Assembly: GCA_965116885.1 (NCBI GenBank)
Contig: OZ220741.1
Coordinates: 5,408,001-5,472,000, forward strand
Direction of reading: 5' to 3'
Source: Candidatus Latescibacterota bacterium
GTDB lineage: Bacteria > Latescibacterota > UBA2968
DNA: 64,000 bases
Shown piece by piece: positions 9,377-19,852 of the stretch; the stretch's first letter is position 1; the number at the start of each line of letters is the position of its first letter. The notes beneath the pieces are model-generated. The model did not search any database. It saw only the letters and a program-made list of their open reading frames with translations, and was not told the origin of the DNA. A program made the translations under genes and the position numbers.

Positions 9377-10348
9377 TTAGACATACCTGATATTCTTCCC
9401 CAAAGTCGCCACCATCTCGCCACTCGATACCATCGGCAGCAAATTCTCCGACCAGAAAATCGACTCCTCTGGCGCGCGCAATGTCTCGAGCACAGTGCCA
9501 AACGGATCGGTAATATCTGCAACGGGATCGTCCTTTTGCAAATGATCGTAGTGCTGCGCGTGAAACTCTATAAATCCACCCCGATTGGCCAACACCGTCA
9601 AAAACCCATCCACCACCACTTGCTTTTTGGGTATAAACGGCTCGCCCGGTATAACCCCGTAATACTTCAACACATTCTCAACACCCGTAATACCCTTCTG
9701 AATACTCTCACTATCCCAGCCCATGCATCCACCGAGTTCGGGATCAATCGTCGGAATCCCCTCATCGGGAGCAGAACGCGCGAGTTGGCCTGCGGGACCG
9801 CGCTGATCGAGAATATAGCCAATGCCAAACACTTGAGCCATCTCCATACACACGCGGTGAATGCGCTTGCGCCGATCCACCCGCACGCGCACCTCGTCAA
9901 TCATCGGTCGGCGCCCCCCCTGGTGCAAATCAATACAATAATCGGACTGCAACACCGCATTGTGAAATAACCGATAGGCAATGCGCTCGCTCGACGTGCC
10001 ATCTTTGCGCCCGGGAAAACACCGATTCATCTTTTTTTCATCAACCGGACTAAATGCCTGATGCGCGTGAAACGCGTGAAAATTGACAATCAACACCGCA
10101 ATAACCCGCCCGCTCATCACCGTCGGATCCAGCCGCTTCAACACCTGTCGAATCACGCTGATGCCATTTAACTCATCCCCATCGCTAATCGCCTGCAAAT
10201 AAATCGTCGGTCCTTCCTCGGCACCATTAATCAGGGATACCGGAACGCGCGCAGGCGACCCATCCTGCATCTCAGCCACCTTCAAATAGCCATCTGTGCG
10301 CTGTCCAGACTCAGCCCGAAGATGTTCAACGCGAAGCAATTCACCCAT
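9377..10348 (-). CDS. succinylglutamate desuccinylase/aspartoacylase (M14-like) family protein
   Basis: GPTIYLQAISDGDELNG, MNRCFPG, IDLHQG, PELGG; C-terminal barrel-sandwich hybrid domain. Confidence 0.85.
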   Translation of the reverse strand: MGELLRVEHLRAESGQRTDGYLKVAEMQDGSPARVPVSLINGAEEGPTIYLQAISDGDELNGISVIRQVLKRLDPTVMSGRVIAVLIVNFHAFHAHQAFSPVDEKKMNRCFPGRKDGTSSERIAYRLFHNAVLQSDYCIDLHQGGRRPMIDEVRVRVDRRKRIHRVCMEMAQVFGIGYILDQRGPAGQLARSAPDEGIPTIDPELGGCMGWDSESIQKGITGVENVLKYYGVIPGEPFIPKKQVVVDGFLTVLANRGGFIEFHAQHYDHLQKDDPVADITDPFGTVLETLRAPEESIFWSENLLPMVSSGEMVATLGKNIRYV

Positions 10349-10385
10349 AGTATTTGTAGCTCCTAAAGAAAATGTTTATAGCGCA

Positions 10386-12623
10386 TCAAAACGCAAATCC
10401 GATTGCCGTATAAATCCGGATATCTTTTTTTTCTGTGCTCACAACATCAATGCGAATGGGACCAAAAATCTTTGTGTTGATATAACCACCAATACCAAAA
10501 CCGTGGATATGGGTATATGGCCGATCCGTATAGGCAGGAAAATGGTACCGCCCCCCCTGATAGAAAATTCCAACAGCACTGCGCGGTATGGAATCCCAAA
10601 ATATCAGGTGGCTCCAAATAGAAATACCCGCCGATACGAACCTGAAAGCTGACAGTTCATCTCGCCGGAGACCGACAACGCGCAATGCTGCGTTACTCAA
10701 GTGTCCTGCACCACCTAATGCGAAGTTTTCCTCAAACGGTGCAGGCTGTGTCACATAGCCTCCGTGCGACCAGAAGCCCACACTCAATTGCGGATGGGGG
10801 CTGGTGAAGTACGCGAGCCGTGTTTGCACTTGCTTATGTAAGAAGGTCCGATGAACCCATTTTCCCCGGGTATAAAAAAAGATGCCCCGCTTTGGCACAA
10901 ACACATCGTCTCGCGTATCAATACCTGCAGATAACCAGAAGGCGGGGAGATATTCAGATTCCAGGACCTGGATCGCATCGCGAATGAGCATATGTTCAAC
11001 TTGATACCCCACGTTGAAACCTCCCCAACTGTGGAACAAAGCCTGCATGCCCAATCGCGTGCGAAAACGCCTCTCATTATACACGCCCTGGGCTTGCTCT
11101 TTAAAATAAGCCACCCGCTCTTGTTTCCAGCCTCGAATCTCCCCGAGAAAACTCAGGCCCTTAAATGAGCGAAAAATTAAATTCATTTCGGCAAACTTCA
11201 TATTAGTGCCCAATAGGCCGCGCAAATAAAACTCTACTGCGCGGCCATAAACATTTTGATGTGCAAGCTCGGCCAGTGCCGAAACCCCAAAATCGTTGTC
11301 GTAACGAAGTCCCATTTTCAACTCACTTGGGGGATTTTCTATTACCTGAAAAACCAATTCGGTATAGTCTTCATGGTAGATAACCTGGTAATCCACTGTT
11401 TGAAACAATCCGGTCGCATACAACCGGCCAGATTCGTGTTCCAGTTCCCGAAACGATGTCGGCTTATTGATGAACTTTTCCAACTCTGCAATGGAAATGC
11501 CTCTTGTGTAACGCTCTAAACCCTCAATCCGCACCCGATCAATTACAATATCCGATGGTATATCCGCCCAGGTTCTGAAATCAAAATCATCTGGCAACAT
11601 CGACGGTCTCGACTTTTCAACGCGCTTTGAAACGCCGAACTTTTGCAGAGCCTTCCAGATCACATTTAGATGTTTTTCGGTTTCTTCTTCACCAATCGGG
11701 ATCACTGTATGTGAGCGATTAAAATCGCCACTATCAAATCCTTTTAAATCGGGCACTATCAACACATGGGCAAGTTTTCGATTTGCCATTTTTTTTTCTT
11801 CAATTCGAAAACTAACAGCCTGATCTATGACGTCGATAAAATCTTCAAATTCGTGTTTTTGACTGCGCAGTGGCGTGGCACAATCCACGGCAATAACAAA
11901 ATCAGCGCCGGCGTCTAATGCGACATCTACAGGCAAGTTATTGACAATGCCGCCATCTACGAGAAGCGTTTGTTCTGTACTCACCGGCACAAATATCCCT
12001 GGGATAGAAATACTCGCTCTGATTGCCGTGCCGAGCGAGCCATTTTTAAGCACGACCTGTTCGCCAGCTACAATATCTGTTGCAATTGCGCGAAAAGGTG
12101 TTGGAAGCCGATCAAAATCGTTTCGCGCCCGATAAGTTGCACCAATGGTCAATTGATAGAGAAAATGCTGGATTTTTTTCCCAGCAAAAATTCCATAGGG
12201 CAATTTTAGATCCAAATTATCGAGGCGCAATGCAAGCATCTGCCGATCAACTATTGGTTTGCGATGCAAATTCAACAGACGGCGGTCAGGGCTATTGCGG
12301 GTCATTTCCCACCAGTCTGTTTCCACAACAATGCGTTCGAGATCATCAACAGAATATCCAGCAGAGTACAATCCTCCCACCAGAGCGCCGTAACTCGCGC
12401 CCACGATCAAATCAATGGGGATGCCCTCGCGCTCGAGCACGCGCAAAACGCCGATATGTACCCCTCCACGTGCGCCTCCTCCACTGAGCACCAGTGCGAC
12501 TCGGGGGCTCTGTTTTGCAAAAGCAGGAAGCGTGCTAAACAGGGCAAAACCGAAACAAAAAACAAAAACAAATAGGCTTTGAACTATTCCGCATTTTGTT
12601 GCGTATAACTTTTTGCCTGTCAT
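10386..12623 (-). CDS. patatin-like phospholipase with POTRA and outer-membrane beta-barrel (PlpD/type Vd-like)
   Basis: GGGARG, GASYG, DGG motifs; signal peptide; terminal ...IGFAF. Start placed at 12623 because a terminator-like hairpin occupies 12650-12683. Confidence 0.82.
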   Translation of the reverse strand: MTGKKLYATKCGIVQSLFVFVFCFGFALFSTLPAFAKQSPRVALVLSGGGARGGVHIGVLRVLEREGIPIDLIVGASYGALVGGLYSAGYSVDDLERIVVETDWWEMTRNSPDRRLLNLHRKPIVDRQMLALRLDNLDLKLPYGIFAGKKIQHFLYQLTIGATYRARNDFDRLPTPFRAIATDIVAGEQVVLKNGSLGTAIRASISIPGIFVPVSTEQTLLVDGGIVNNLPVDVALDAGADFVIAVDCATPLRSQKHEFEDFIDVIDQAVSFRIEEKKMANRKLAHVLIVPDLKGFDSGDFNRSHTVIPIGEEETEKHLNVIWKALQKFGVSKRVEKSRPSMLPDDFDFRTWADIPSDIVIDRVRIEGLERYTRGISIAELEKFINKPTSFRELEHESGRLYATGLFQTVDYQVIYHEDYTELVFQVIENPPSELKMGLRYDNDFGVSALAELAHQNVYGRAVEFYLRGLLGTNMKFAEMNLIFRSFKGLSFLGEIRGWKQERVAYFKEQAQGVYNERRFRTRLGMQALFHSWGGFNVGYQVEHMLIRDAIQVLESEYLPAFWLSAGIDTRDDVFVPKRGIFFYTRGKWVHRTFLHKQVQTRLAYFTSPHPQLSVGFWSHGGYVTQPAPFEENFALGGAGHLSNAALRVVGLRRDELSAFRFVSAGISIWSHLIFWDSIPRSAVGIFYQGGRYHFPAYTDRPYTHIHGFGIGGYINTKIFGPIRIDVVSTEKKDIRIYTAIGFAF

Positions 12624-12649
12624 CTGGCTTTCCCGGCTTTGAAAGATTG

Positions 12650-12683
12650 AAAAGAGCCGATCCATTTCCGGACCGGCTCTTTT
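12650..12683. terminator. intrinsic terminator-like hairpin
   Basis: AAAAGAGCCG...CGGCTCTTTT inverted repeat downstream of the DUF1080 gene. Confidence 0.55.
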
Positions 12684-12711
12684 CAATTATGACCTCAATA
12701 ATAGGTCCTCT

Positions 12712-13458
12712 CTACCCCTCATCATAATCGGTCAACGGACGAATCCAGATATTCCGATAGCGCACTGGATCGCCGTGATCTTGCAGCATCAACGGCCCGG
12801 TAGGCCCGTGCGGCGTGTCGTAATTCGACACATTCCTGTGTCCGGTCGGTCCCATAGCCTCTTTGCGGTTGTGCAGCACAACACCGTTCAAAAACACCGT
12901 CAAATAAGCGGGCTTCACCAGCGTATCGCCATCGTATTCCGGTGTTTCAAAAACAATATCATAAGCCTGCCACTCACCCGGTGGGCGCGTCGCATTCACC
13001 AGCGGCGAAAACTGACTGTAAATCGCGCCCGTCGTACCATCGGAATACGTCGGATTATCATATCCATCCAGCACCTGCACCTCGTATTTCCCGATCAAAA
13101 ATACACCGCTATTTCCCCGCCCCTGACTGCTGCCACGCACTTCTGAAGGACAGGCAAACTCTATGTGCAACTGTGCACTTCCAAACTCATCTTTCGTCCG
13201 GATATTCCCCGTACGGGGATTCACCTCTACATACCCATTCTCCACTGTCCATGTCGGATCTCCACCATCGAGACTCTGCCAACTGGACAAATCCGTACCA
13301 TCAAACAGCACCACGGCATCCGATGGCGCATCACCTGCACTGGCTCCCGGCGTTACCACGCGCGGTGCTGGACGATTCTTATCGTGAACGCGCCACGGTT
13401 GATTGGGCAACATCGGCGTATCGTCATACCCCACCGGCGTGTGTTTTTCTGCTGCCAT
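12712..13458 (-). CDS. DUF1080 / 3-keto-disaccharide hydrolase family protein
   Basis: VLFDGTDLSSW, GNSGVFL, YEVQVLD, LQDHGDPVRYRNIWIR. Confidence 0.88.
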   Translation of the reverse strand: MAAEKHTPVGYDDTPMLPNQPWRVHDKNRPAPRVVTPGASAGDAPSDAVVLFDGTDLSSWQSLDGGDPTWTVENGYVEVNPRTGNIRTKDEFGSAQLHIEFACPSEVRGSSQGRGNSGVFLIGKYEVQVLDGYDNPTYSDGTTGAIYSQFSPLVNATRPPGEWQAYDIVFETPEYDGDTLVKPAYLTVFLNGVVLHNRKEAMGPTGHRNVSNYDTPHGPTGPLMLQDHGDPVRYRNIWIRPLTDYDEG

Positions 13459-13663
13459 TTTGTTTCCTTTCTAAAATGAAGTGAATATTTTATTTTCAAA
13501 CCATGATCATAAAAATACAAAGATGTGTCAAGCGGGATTCCGAACACGGATCGCGCTCGCAATTTATCACATTAAATGAATCATAAACCCGTAGTTACCT
13601 GTCCATATATTAAGACACCCAAAATGATTTAATTTATTGCCCAAACGCGCGTAAGGACAAATC

Positions 13664-14647
13664 ATGAAAATTCTCCGCAAAGAACAAAACGTTCCATCTC
13701 TGCCAAAACCCAACCAGTGTCGCGTTGTGTACTCCGATGAACTCCCACCCGTCGAACTAATTACCGCAACATTTGTATATGCATTCGACGGAGATCGCTT
13801 GCTCATGACACATCTCAAATCGCGCGGCTGGGACCTGCCCGGCGGCCATATTGAACCTGGCGAAACACCTGATCGTGCAGCCCGTCGAGAAGTCTATGAA
13901 GAAACAGGTGCCCGTCTAAATCAGATAGACATTTTTACCCACATCCACATACATATTGACGGACCTGAACCCGGTGATTATGCTTACCCTTATCCCGATT
14001 CCTATATGGTCTTTTACTGGGCACATATTGACACACTTGAAAATTTTAACGAAACCGACGAAGCACGCGAACGCGGTCTATTTGGCCCTGAACGAACGCG
14101 ACAAACCCATTATATCACGAACAACCGGGAACTCTATCGCGCTGCATTTGAATGCGCCGTTGACCTGATCCCCAAACCCGAAGCCCCCTGGAAACACAAA
14201 GCTTTTGCGCTCATCCTGCGTCCAGATAATTCGGGATACAAACTCCTCGCTCTTTTGGGGTATGCCCCTTGTATTGAAAACCCGCCACCACTGCGTTTTC
14301 CCGGCGGGAATTTGGACCCGGGCGAAACGCCAGAAGAAGCTATGTATCGCGAACTCTACGAAGAATCGGGCCTGGGACGCTTAAAAATCCTTCGCAAACT
14401 CGGCGTTCACCACTATTACAAATACTATATCCAATCCAATGTCGAACGGCATGACTATCTCCTCCTCGCCCCGCGCAACACCCCCGACCAATGGTCTCAT
14501 GTTGTCACAGGAGAGGACGCCGACGCCGATTACACCTTCAACTACCAGTGGATAGGAGCAGACGAAATCGATAGCCTCTCCGACGAACTCAACACATTTG
14601 TCACACCCGAACACATTCCCGAACTATTCAATAATAAATCCCACTGA
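13664..14647 (+). CDS. tandem (double) Nudix hydrolase
   Basis: Two Nudix boxes: [23 protein letters not shown] and [23 protein letters not shown]. Confidence 0.88.
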   Translation: MKILRKEQNVPSLPKPNQCRVVYSDELPPVELITATFVYAFDGDRLLMTHLKSRGWDLPGGHIEPGETPDRAARREVYEETGARLNQIDIFTHIHIHIDGPEPGDYAYPYPDSYMVFYWAHIDTLENFNETDEARERGLFGPERTRQTHYITNNRELYRAAFECAVDLIPKPEAPWKHKAFALILRPDNSGYKLLALLGYAPCIENPPPLRFPGGNLDPGETPEEAMYRELYEESGLGRLKILRKLGVHHYYKYYIQSNVERHDYLLLAPRNTPDQWSHVVTGEDADADYTFNYQWIGADEIDSLSDELNTFVTPEHIPELFNNKSH

Positions 14648-15431
14648 TATCCCACCCGAAGACAGACACATCTACCCATCCGTTACCGCCCCCTCCTGCA
14701 TTGATCTCAACACCCTCGCACGCCAGCAACGCCCGCTGATTACCCACATGCGGCGTCAAACACCCTTTTGAATCCAAAATGCGATGCATGGGATACGCCT
14801 GTCCTGTCATGCGCTTCATATAGGTGGGCAACACGCGGTAATACGAATGCGACACCCCCAGAGCATCCACAATCTGTTTATACGTCATCACCTTCCCAAA
14901 AGGAATCTGCTTTACAACCCACAAAAACCGATCAAAGGTGCGATCGGGCACAGGATCATAACACCTGGACAAAACCCTCACCGGATCGCCTTCGCGAACG
15001 ACACCACCCGTCAACACCACAGCCAAAAATCCCCTCTGATTCTCCAACGATTGGATCGGCTTTACGCCCAATGTCCCGATATACTTGCACACTTCACAGT
15101 GATACGTCAACCGAACTGTGGCAGAATCCCCGAGTTGCAAAACCGAACCCGATGGCAAATCGTTCAGCGGCAACCCGGAGACAACGACATTCTCTCGCAA
15201 ATCACCTGGCTGCAATTTGAACTCGCGCAGAGTCTCCAGAGCAACCAAAAGCACCTGCCGCGGACCAACACCACCTGCATTTGCATCGCCTTCAATGCCA
15301 AAACGAGCGCGCAGTAAAAATTTACCATCGCGCGGTCTGGACAAAGGCATCCCCTTCTCTATCTTCATAAACAGAGAAATGACGCGCCCCTGTATATCCA
15401 TCTGCACCCTTTCCATTACCCCGACATCCAT
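14628..15431 (-). CDS. MOSC domain fused to C-terminal MGMT/alkyltransferase-like DNA-binding domain
   Basis: GIEGD...RQVLL...GDLRENVVV...CEVC...[17 protein letters not shown] (MOSC); [12 protein letters not shown]...[10 protein letters not shown]...[10 protein letters not shown] (ATL-like); exact start uncertain. Confidence 0.8.
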   Translation of the reverse strand: MDVGVMERVQMDIQGRVISLFMKIEKGMPLSRPRDGKFLLRARFGIEGDANAGGVGPRQVLLVALETLREFKLQPGDLRENVVVSGLPLNDLPSGSVLQLGDSATVRLTYHCEVCKYIGTLGVKPIQSLENQRGFLAVVLTGGVVREGDPVRVLSRCYDPVPDRTFDRFLWVVKQIPFGKVMTYKQIVDALGVSHSYYRVLPTYMKRMTGQAYPMHRILDSKGCLTPHVGNQRALLACEGVEINAGGGGNGWVDVSVFGWDISGIYY

Positions 15432-16081
15432 CCACCCGCGACCCGTGCCAATTCTTCCATCACGGGTTCATCGGTATTTCGCCGCTTCAAAATTTTAAAT
15501 CCGTGATCCGCTGTATCCACCACGTGAAGCGTCGCATTCTCCAGACCATTCACCACCGGTTGCAACAGTTCTAAATTCGCCATCCTATCCCGCTGACCCG
15601 ATAAAAACAGCATCGGCACGCGTACATCCTTCAAATGCTCGGCGCGCTCTGTATTCGGCTTACTCGAATACAGCGGAAAAGCGAAAAACACAACACCCTT
15701 CAACCCGTCAATGGGTTCTTCGGCACAAGCCATCGAAACCATCCGCCCGCTCATCGAATGCCCACCGGCAAAAACTGGCAACCCGCGCGCCTGCTTCATC
15801 CCCATTGCTATAGCCGCACGCACAGTAGCCAACCGCACCTTCTCCCCATCCATGCCACCACCGCCCCTCTCGGAATACGGATAATTAAAACGCAAAGTCG
15901 CAATTCCCACATCGTTCAACGCATCGCTCAGTTCCTGGATAAAAAGATGCCGCATATTCGTACCCGACCCGTGACCCAACACCAACAATGCCCTTGCTCC
16001 GCGCGGTCGCGCGTACAAAGCCGACACCTCCCCCTTTTCTTCAGTCGCAATAAATTTCAACTCTCTGGGTTCAACAGCCAT
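15416..16081 (-). CDS. alpha/beta hydrolase (KANSL3/Tex30-like)
   Basis: LGHGSG, GGHSMSGR nucleophile elbow, GQRD, ADHGF. Confidence 0.82.
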   Translation of the reverse strand: MAVEPRELKFIATEEKGEVSALYARPRGARALLVLGHGSGTNMRHLFIQELSDALNDVGIATLRFNYPYSERGGGGMDGEKVRLATVRAAIAMGMKQARGLPVFAGGHSMSGRMVSMACAEEPIDGLKGVVFFAFPLYSSKPNTERAEHLKDVRVPMLFLSGQRDRMANLELLQPVVNGLENATLHVVDTADHGFKILKRRNTDEPVMEELARVAGGWMSG

Positions 16082-16567
16082 TTATATTTCCTCTTTTATC
16101 CACATAATATGAGAATCCCGCGGCGTAGCGCAAAGCGGACCGCCGAGATCATCCGTCAACTTTAGCCTTACAACAATGGGATCGCCCGATTCAAGTACCC
16201 GATTAACCTGCGCCCAATCGAGATGCCCAAGGCGAATTTTGAGCCGCCGAAACATCTCAAAATCGCCCGAATCTCGCACCACCCCCCAGGACAAATAAAA
16301 AAAGCGGTCCGCGGGCCTGCCCTGTGCATAAGGACCCAGAAAATTGGGCGAGCCATCGGGTTTCTCGCCAACCCTGAACTCGGGATAAAATACAACCTCG
16401 CGACGATCAGCGGGAACCTGATCAACAACCTCTTTGCCGTACTGTATGCCGAGATAAACAGGTTCTTTAACCTCGGGATCGTGACCGTATGGATCTTCAA
16501 AACGCGTACCGGGCAATTCGGTACAAATCACTTTTAGTTTCAAGCATGTATTGGTTATTTTTCGCAT
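16082..16567 (-). CDS. DUF5990-like protein
   Basis: NFLGPYAQGRPADRFFYLSWG, MFRRLKI, GGPLCAT; start taken at MRKITN. Confidence 0.7.
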   Translation of the reverse strand: MRKITNTCLKLKVICTELPGTRFEDPYGHDPEVKEPVYLGIQYGKEVVDQVPADRREVVFYPEFRVGEKPDGSPNFLGPYAQGRPADRFFYLSWGVVRDSGDFEMFRRLKIRLGHLDWAQVNRVLESGDPIVVRLKLTDDLGGPLCATPRDSHIMWIKEEI

Positions 16568-16592
16568 ACATAGCTCCATTAATCTACTGGAA

Positions 16593-16919
16593 TTAGAAAA
16601 CAGCGACCTGGATATATCCATCTTTTTGATTTTTGGATTTCTGCTTTACGGTCAAGGTAACATTTTGATCGAGTTTGGTCAGCCAACCCATCAAACGATC
16701 AAAAGTAAACCGTCGAAGTTCACGCCCTCGTTTCAGTTTTGAGATGTACGACTGATCGGTGCCGAGAATTTGGGCTGCTTCAATTTGTGTCAGCCTTCGT
16801 TCCTCAATAAGCCTGAGAATGGCCACTGCGAGTTTGGCTTTTGCCTGCATACCATCTGAATCCTCGACGTTGAGATCGGCAAAAATATTACCACTACTTT
16901 TCTCAATTATATTTGCCAT
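16593..16919 (-). CDS. XRE/HTH antitoxin (HigA-like)
   Basis: SSGNIFADL, LTQIEAAQILGTDQSYISKL HTH; directly downstream of a RelE-like toxin. Confidence 0.88.
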   Translation of the reverse strand: MANIIEKSSGNIFADLNVEDSDGMQAKAKLAVAILRLIEERRLTQIEAAQILGTDQSYISKLKRGRELRRFTFDRLMGWLTKLDQNVTLTVKQKSKNQKDGYIQVAVF

Positions 16920-16922
16920 CGT

Positions 16923-17276
16923 TTATACTCCTTTGTGATATACTCGTGCCTGACGCAGGCGTCGTCGGATTACATCCATATCTTCTTTCGATGTGCGAAT
17001 GCCACGTTTAGATTTTTTCTTAAAACAGTGCAAGACATAGATAGTATCTCCCAAATTCGCTACATAAACTGCGCGATAAGTGTCTTTATTATACCGCTCG
17101 ACAAGTTCCATAACACCCGATAGACCTGTAAGTGGTTTCGATGTTGTCGGGTTTAGGCCACATTGTACTTGATACAGGTCAAAGCCCACGTCATCTCGTA
17201 CTGGCTTTGGGAACTTTCGCAGGTCAGATCGAGCACTGCCGATAAAGTACACGGGTTTTAAGACTTCATTTTCCAT
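16923..17276 (-). CDS. RelE/ParE (Gp49-like, HigB) toxin
   Basis: FIGSARSDLRKFP, YRAVY, IYVLHCFKKKSKRGIRT. Confidence 0.88.
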   Translation of the reverse strand: MENEVLKPVYFIGSARSDLRKFPKPVRDDVGFDLYQVQCGLNPTTSKPLTGLSGVMELVERYNKDTYRAVYVANLGDTIYVLHCFKKKSKRGIRTSKEDMDVIRRRLRQARVYHKGV

Positions 17277-17345
17277 ATTTAATTATGGCCTAAAAACCAT
17301 AAAATTGCAAGTTATTTTCCTGTTTTCTGTAAACAAAAACCATAC

Positions 17346-17374
17346 TTGCATCAGTTGATAGAACTGCGTATAGT
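17346..17374 (+). promoter_or_regulatory. sigma70-like promoter with spacer palindrome
   Basis: TTGCAT-17 bp-TATAGT; CAGTT-N5-AACTG inside the spacer. Confidence 0.55.
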
Positions 17375-17426
17375 GTGTATCTAAAAATTTCGGAGTAGGC
17401 TCAGTGCAATCATCGAAAGGAGACGC

Positions 17427-18785
17427 ATGCAACCCAACATCATCTTGATCAACTGCGACGACCTCGGCTACGGCGACCTCGGCAGTTACGGCTCTAAAAT
17501 CAACAAAACGCCAGCACTCGACAAAATGGCTGCAGAAGGCATCAAATTCACCGACTTCTACATGGCATCTCCCGTGTGTTCGCCCTCCCGGGGCGCCATG
17601 CTCACGGGCTGTTATCCCCCCCGCATAGGCTTTGGCTCTTTTGATGGACGCTGGGTCCTCTTTCCCGGCCAGGGTGTGGGCTTGAACCCCAGCGAAATCA
17701 CCATCGCCAAACTCCTCAAAAACAAAGGCTACGCCACCAAAATAGTCGGCAAATGGCACTGCGGAGACCAGCCAGAATTTTTGCCCACCCGCCACGGATT
17801 CGACAGCTACTACGGCATACCCTATAGCAACGACATGGGCATACAAAAAGAAGACGACAAAAATCCACCTCTGCCCTTATTGCGCGATGAGGAAGTCATC
17901 CAGGCACAACCCGACCAGCGCGGCATCACCGAACGCTACGTCGAAGAATGCGTCCGCTTCATGCGCGACAACAAAGACCAGCCCTTCTTCCTCTACCTCG
18001 CCCACATGCACGTCCACCTGCCCCACTATCCCCCCGAAGCCTTTGTCCGCGAATCTGAAAACGGCGTATATGGCGCGGCCGTCGCCTGCATTGACTGGGC
18101 AGCCGCCGTCATCTTCGACAAACTCAAAACCCTGGGACTCGACGACGACACCCTCGTCATCTTCACCAGCGACAACGGCTCGCGCGCCCGAGACGAAGGC
18201 GGCAGCAACAGCCCTTTGCGCGCCACCAAAGGCACCACCTGGGAAGGCGGACAGCGCGTACCATGCCTCATGCGATGGCCCGGCAAAATCCCCGCGGGCG
18301 AAGTATGCAGCGAACTGACGCTATCCATGGACTTTTACCCCACACTTGCAGCCCTCGGCGGAGCAGAAGTACCCACCGACCGCATCATCGACGGCAAAGA
18401 CATCCGCCCGTTCATGTTCGCAGAAAAAGGCGCAACATCGCAACACGAATCCTTCTTTTACTACAAACGCAACAGCATCGAAGCCGTGCGGAGCGGCAAA
18501 TGGAAACTCCACATCCGCAAAGACGACCAGGAAATCCAGGAACTCTACGACCTCGAAGCCGACATCGGCGAGACCAATGACATCAGTGATCAACACCCCG
18601 ACATCGTGCGGGATCTCAGAGCGCAAATTGACGCCTGCCGCAAAGACCTCGGCGACGATGCCGCGGGCATAACAGGCGAAAACATCCGCCCCGCTGGACG
18701 CGTTGAAAACCCCGACACCCTCACGCATCTCGACCGCGACCACCCCTATATGATCGCCATTTACGACCTCAAAGAACGGGGGTAA
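17427..18785 (+). CDS. arylsulfatase A-like sulfatase
   Basis: PNIILINCDDLGYGD, CSPSRG, GKWHCG, SDNG. Confidence 0.9.
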   Translation: MQPNIILINCDDLGYGDLGSYGSKINKTPALDKMAAEGIKFTDFYMASPVCSPSRGAMLTGCYPPRIGFGSFDGRWVLFPGQGVGLNPSEITIAKLLKNKGYATKIVGKWHCGDQPEFLPTRHGFDSYYGIPYSNDMGIQKEDDKNPPLPLLRDEEVIQAQPDQRGITERYVEECVRFMRDNKDQPFFLYLAHMHVHLPHYPPEAFVRESENGVYGAAVACIDWAAAVIFDKLKTLGLDDDTLVIFTSDNGSRARDEGGSNSPLRATKGTTWEGGQRVPCLMRWPGKIPAGEVCSELTLSMDFYPTLAALGGAEVPTDRIIDGKDIRPFMFAEKGATSQHESFFYYKRNSIEAVRSGKWKLHIRKDDQEIQELYDLEADIGETNDISDQHPDIVRDLRAQIDACRKDLGDDAAGITGENIRPAGRVENPDTLTHLDRDHPYMIAIYDLKERG

Positions 18786-18786
18786 C

Positions 18787-19539
18787 ATGGCCCTTACACC
18801 CGAACAAATCGCCGAGTTCAAAGCATTGGGATATGTCCTCGTACCCAATCTAATCGATCCGTCAATGTTGGACAACTGGCGCGCGCAAATTCGCGCCCAA
18901 TTCGGCGATCTCTCTGACCCCGCCCAACAAAACGCCGCAGGACCGCCCCAACAACACCGCGAAGACATCACCATATTGCGGGGCTTTCGCTTTTCGCCAG
19001 AAGAAACACAACTCGTCAACCAGCCCAAAGTCAAAGCCATAGTCGATCACATGGGGGACGATGGACAATTTTGCGGAGAAGACGGCAACCTGCGCCTGCT
19101 CTTGCCCGAACCCAAAAGCGAATGGCGCTTGCCAGAGCGCGGGCACATCGACGGTTATCTCGGCAGACGGCGCACCATGCCTTTTCTCCTCGGACTGGCA
19201 ACCTACATCTACGACGTGGAACCACGCGGCGGTGGCACCGTCTTCTGGCCGCGCAGCCATATCAAATCATGGGAATTTCTTCGCAAACACCCCGATCACC
19301 TCAACCACAGCTTTAGAGAACACCCCGAATATCTCAACCTGGTCAAAGATATTCAACCCGTTGAACTGCATGCAAAAGCGGGCGACGTCATCTTCTGGCA
19401 CTGCAACATCCTGCACGAAACCTCTCAAAACACCAGCAACAACATCCGCTATGGCCTGTTCGCCCGCCTGCCTCACAAAGACCAGGAGATATTCCGAGAC
19501 GAAATACCCGATGACCTCTGGAAACGCTGGCGGATATAG
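18787..19539 (+). CDS. PhyH-family dioxygenase
   Basis: LTPEQIAEFKALGY, GHIDGY (HxD), GGGTVFWPRSH, AGDVIFWH...H. Confidence 0.85.
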   Translation: MALTPEQIAEFKALGYVLVPNLIDPSMLDNWRAQIRAQFGDLSDPAQQNAAGPPQQHREDITILRGFRFSPEETQLVNQPKVKAIVDHMGDDGQFCGEDGNLRLLLPEPKSEWRLPERGHIDGYLGRRRTMPFLLGLATYIYDVEPRGGGTVFWPRSHIKSWEFLRKHPDHLNHSFREHPEYLNLVKDIQPVELHAKAGDVIFWHCNILHETSQNTSNNIRYGLFARLPHKDQEIFRDEIPDDLWKRWRI

Positions 19540-19618
19540 GTAAGCGGTGAGAAGTGAGATACAAGATGTAAGATGTAATAGCCATAAAATGCACAGAAGA
19601 CACAAAAGAAAGGCGCGT

Positions 19619-19645
19619 GTAGGGGCGGTGCCCCTGTGCCCGCCC
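19619..19645 (+). repeat. REP-like palindrome (GTAG family), diverged copy
   Basis: GTAGGGGCGGTGCCCCTGTGCCCGCCC, related to the copies at 28194 and 28966. Confidence 0.7.
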
Positions 19646-19711
19646 GAAGATACAAGACGTAAGAGACCAGGCCAAAGCCACCTACCCCAGAGACGAAAAA
19701 ACAAACCGCCA

Positions 19712-19852
19712 TTACCGTTCGTCTCTTTCTTCACTCACGATTTTTGCCATAGACCCTTTGAACTTAGAAGTAATTCTGAGTACTTCCCGCATTGAGGCCG
19801 CGGCAGCCACCTGATCAAGCGGTACATATCTTTCACCTGACTGCCCATTCAT
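19712..19852 (-). CDS. 46-aa antitoxin-like small protein (below ORF-track cutoff)
   Basis: MNGQSGERYVPLDQVAAAASMREVLRITSKFKGSMAKIVSEERDER*; C-terminus resembles PIN-toxin antitoxins; TAATG overlap with a MAVCFFVS start. Confidence 0.45.
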   Translation of the reverse strand: MNGQSGERYVPLDQVAAAASMREVLRITSKFKGSMAKIVSEERDER

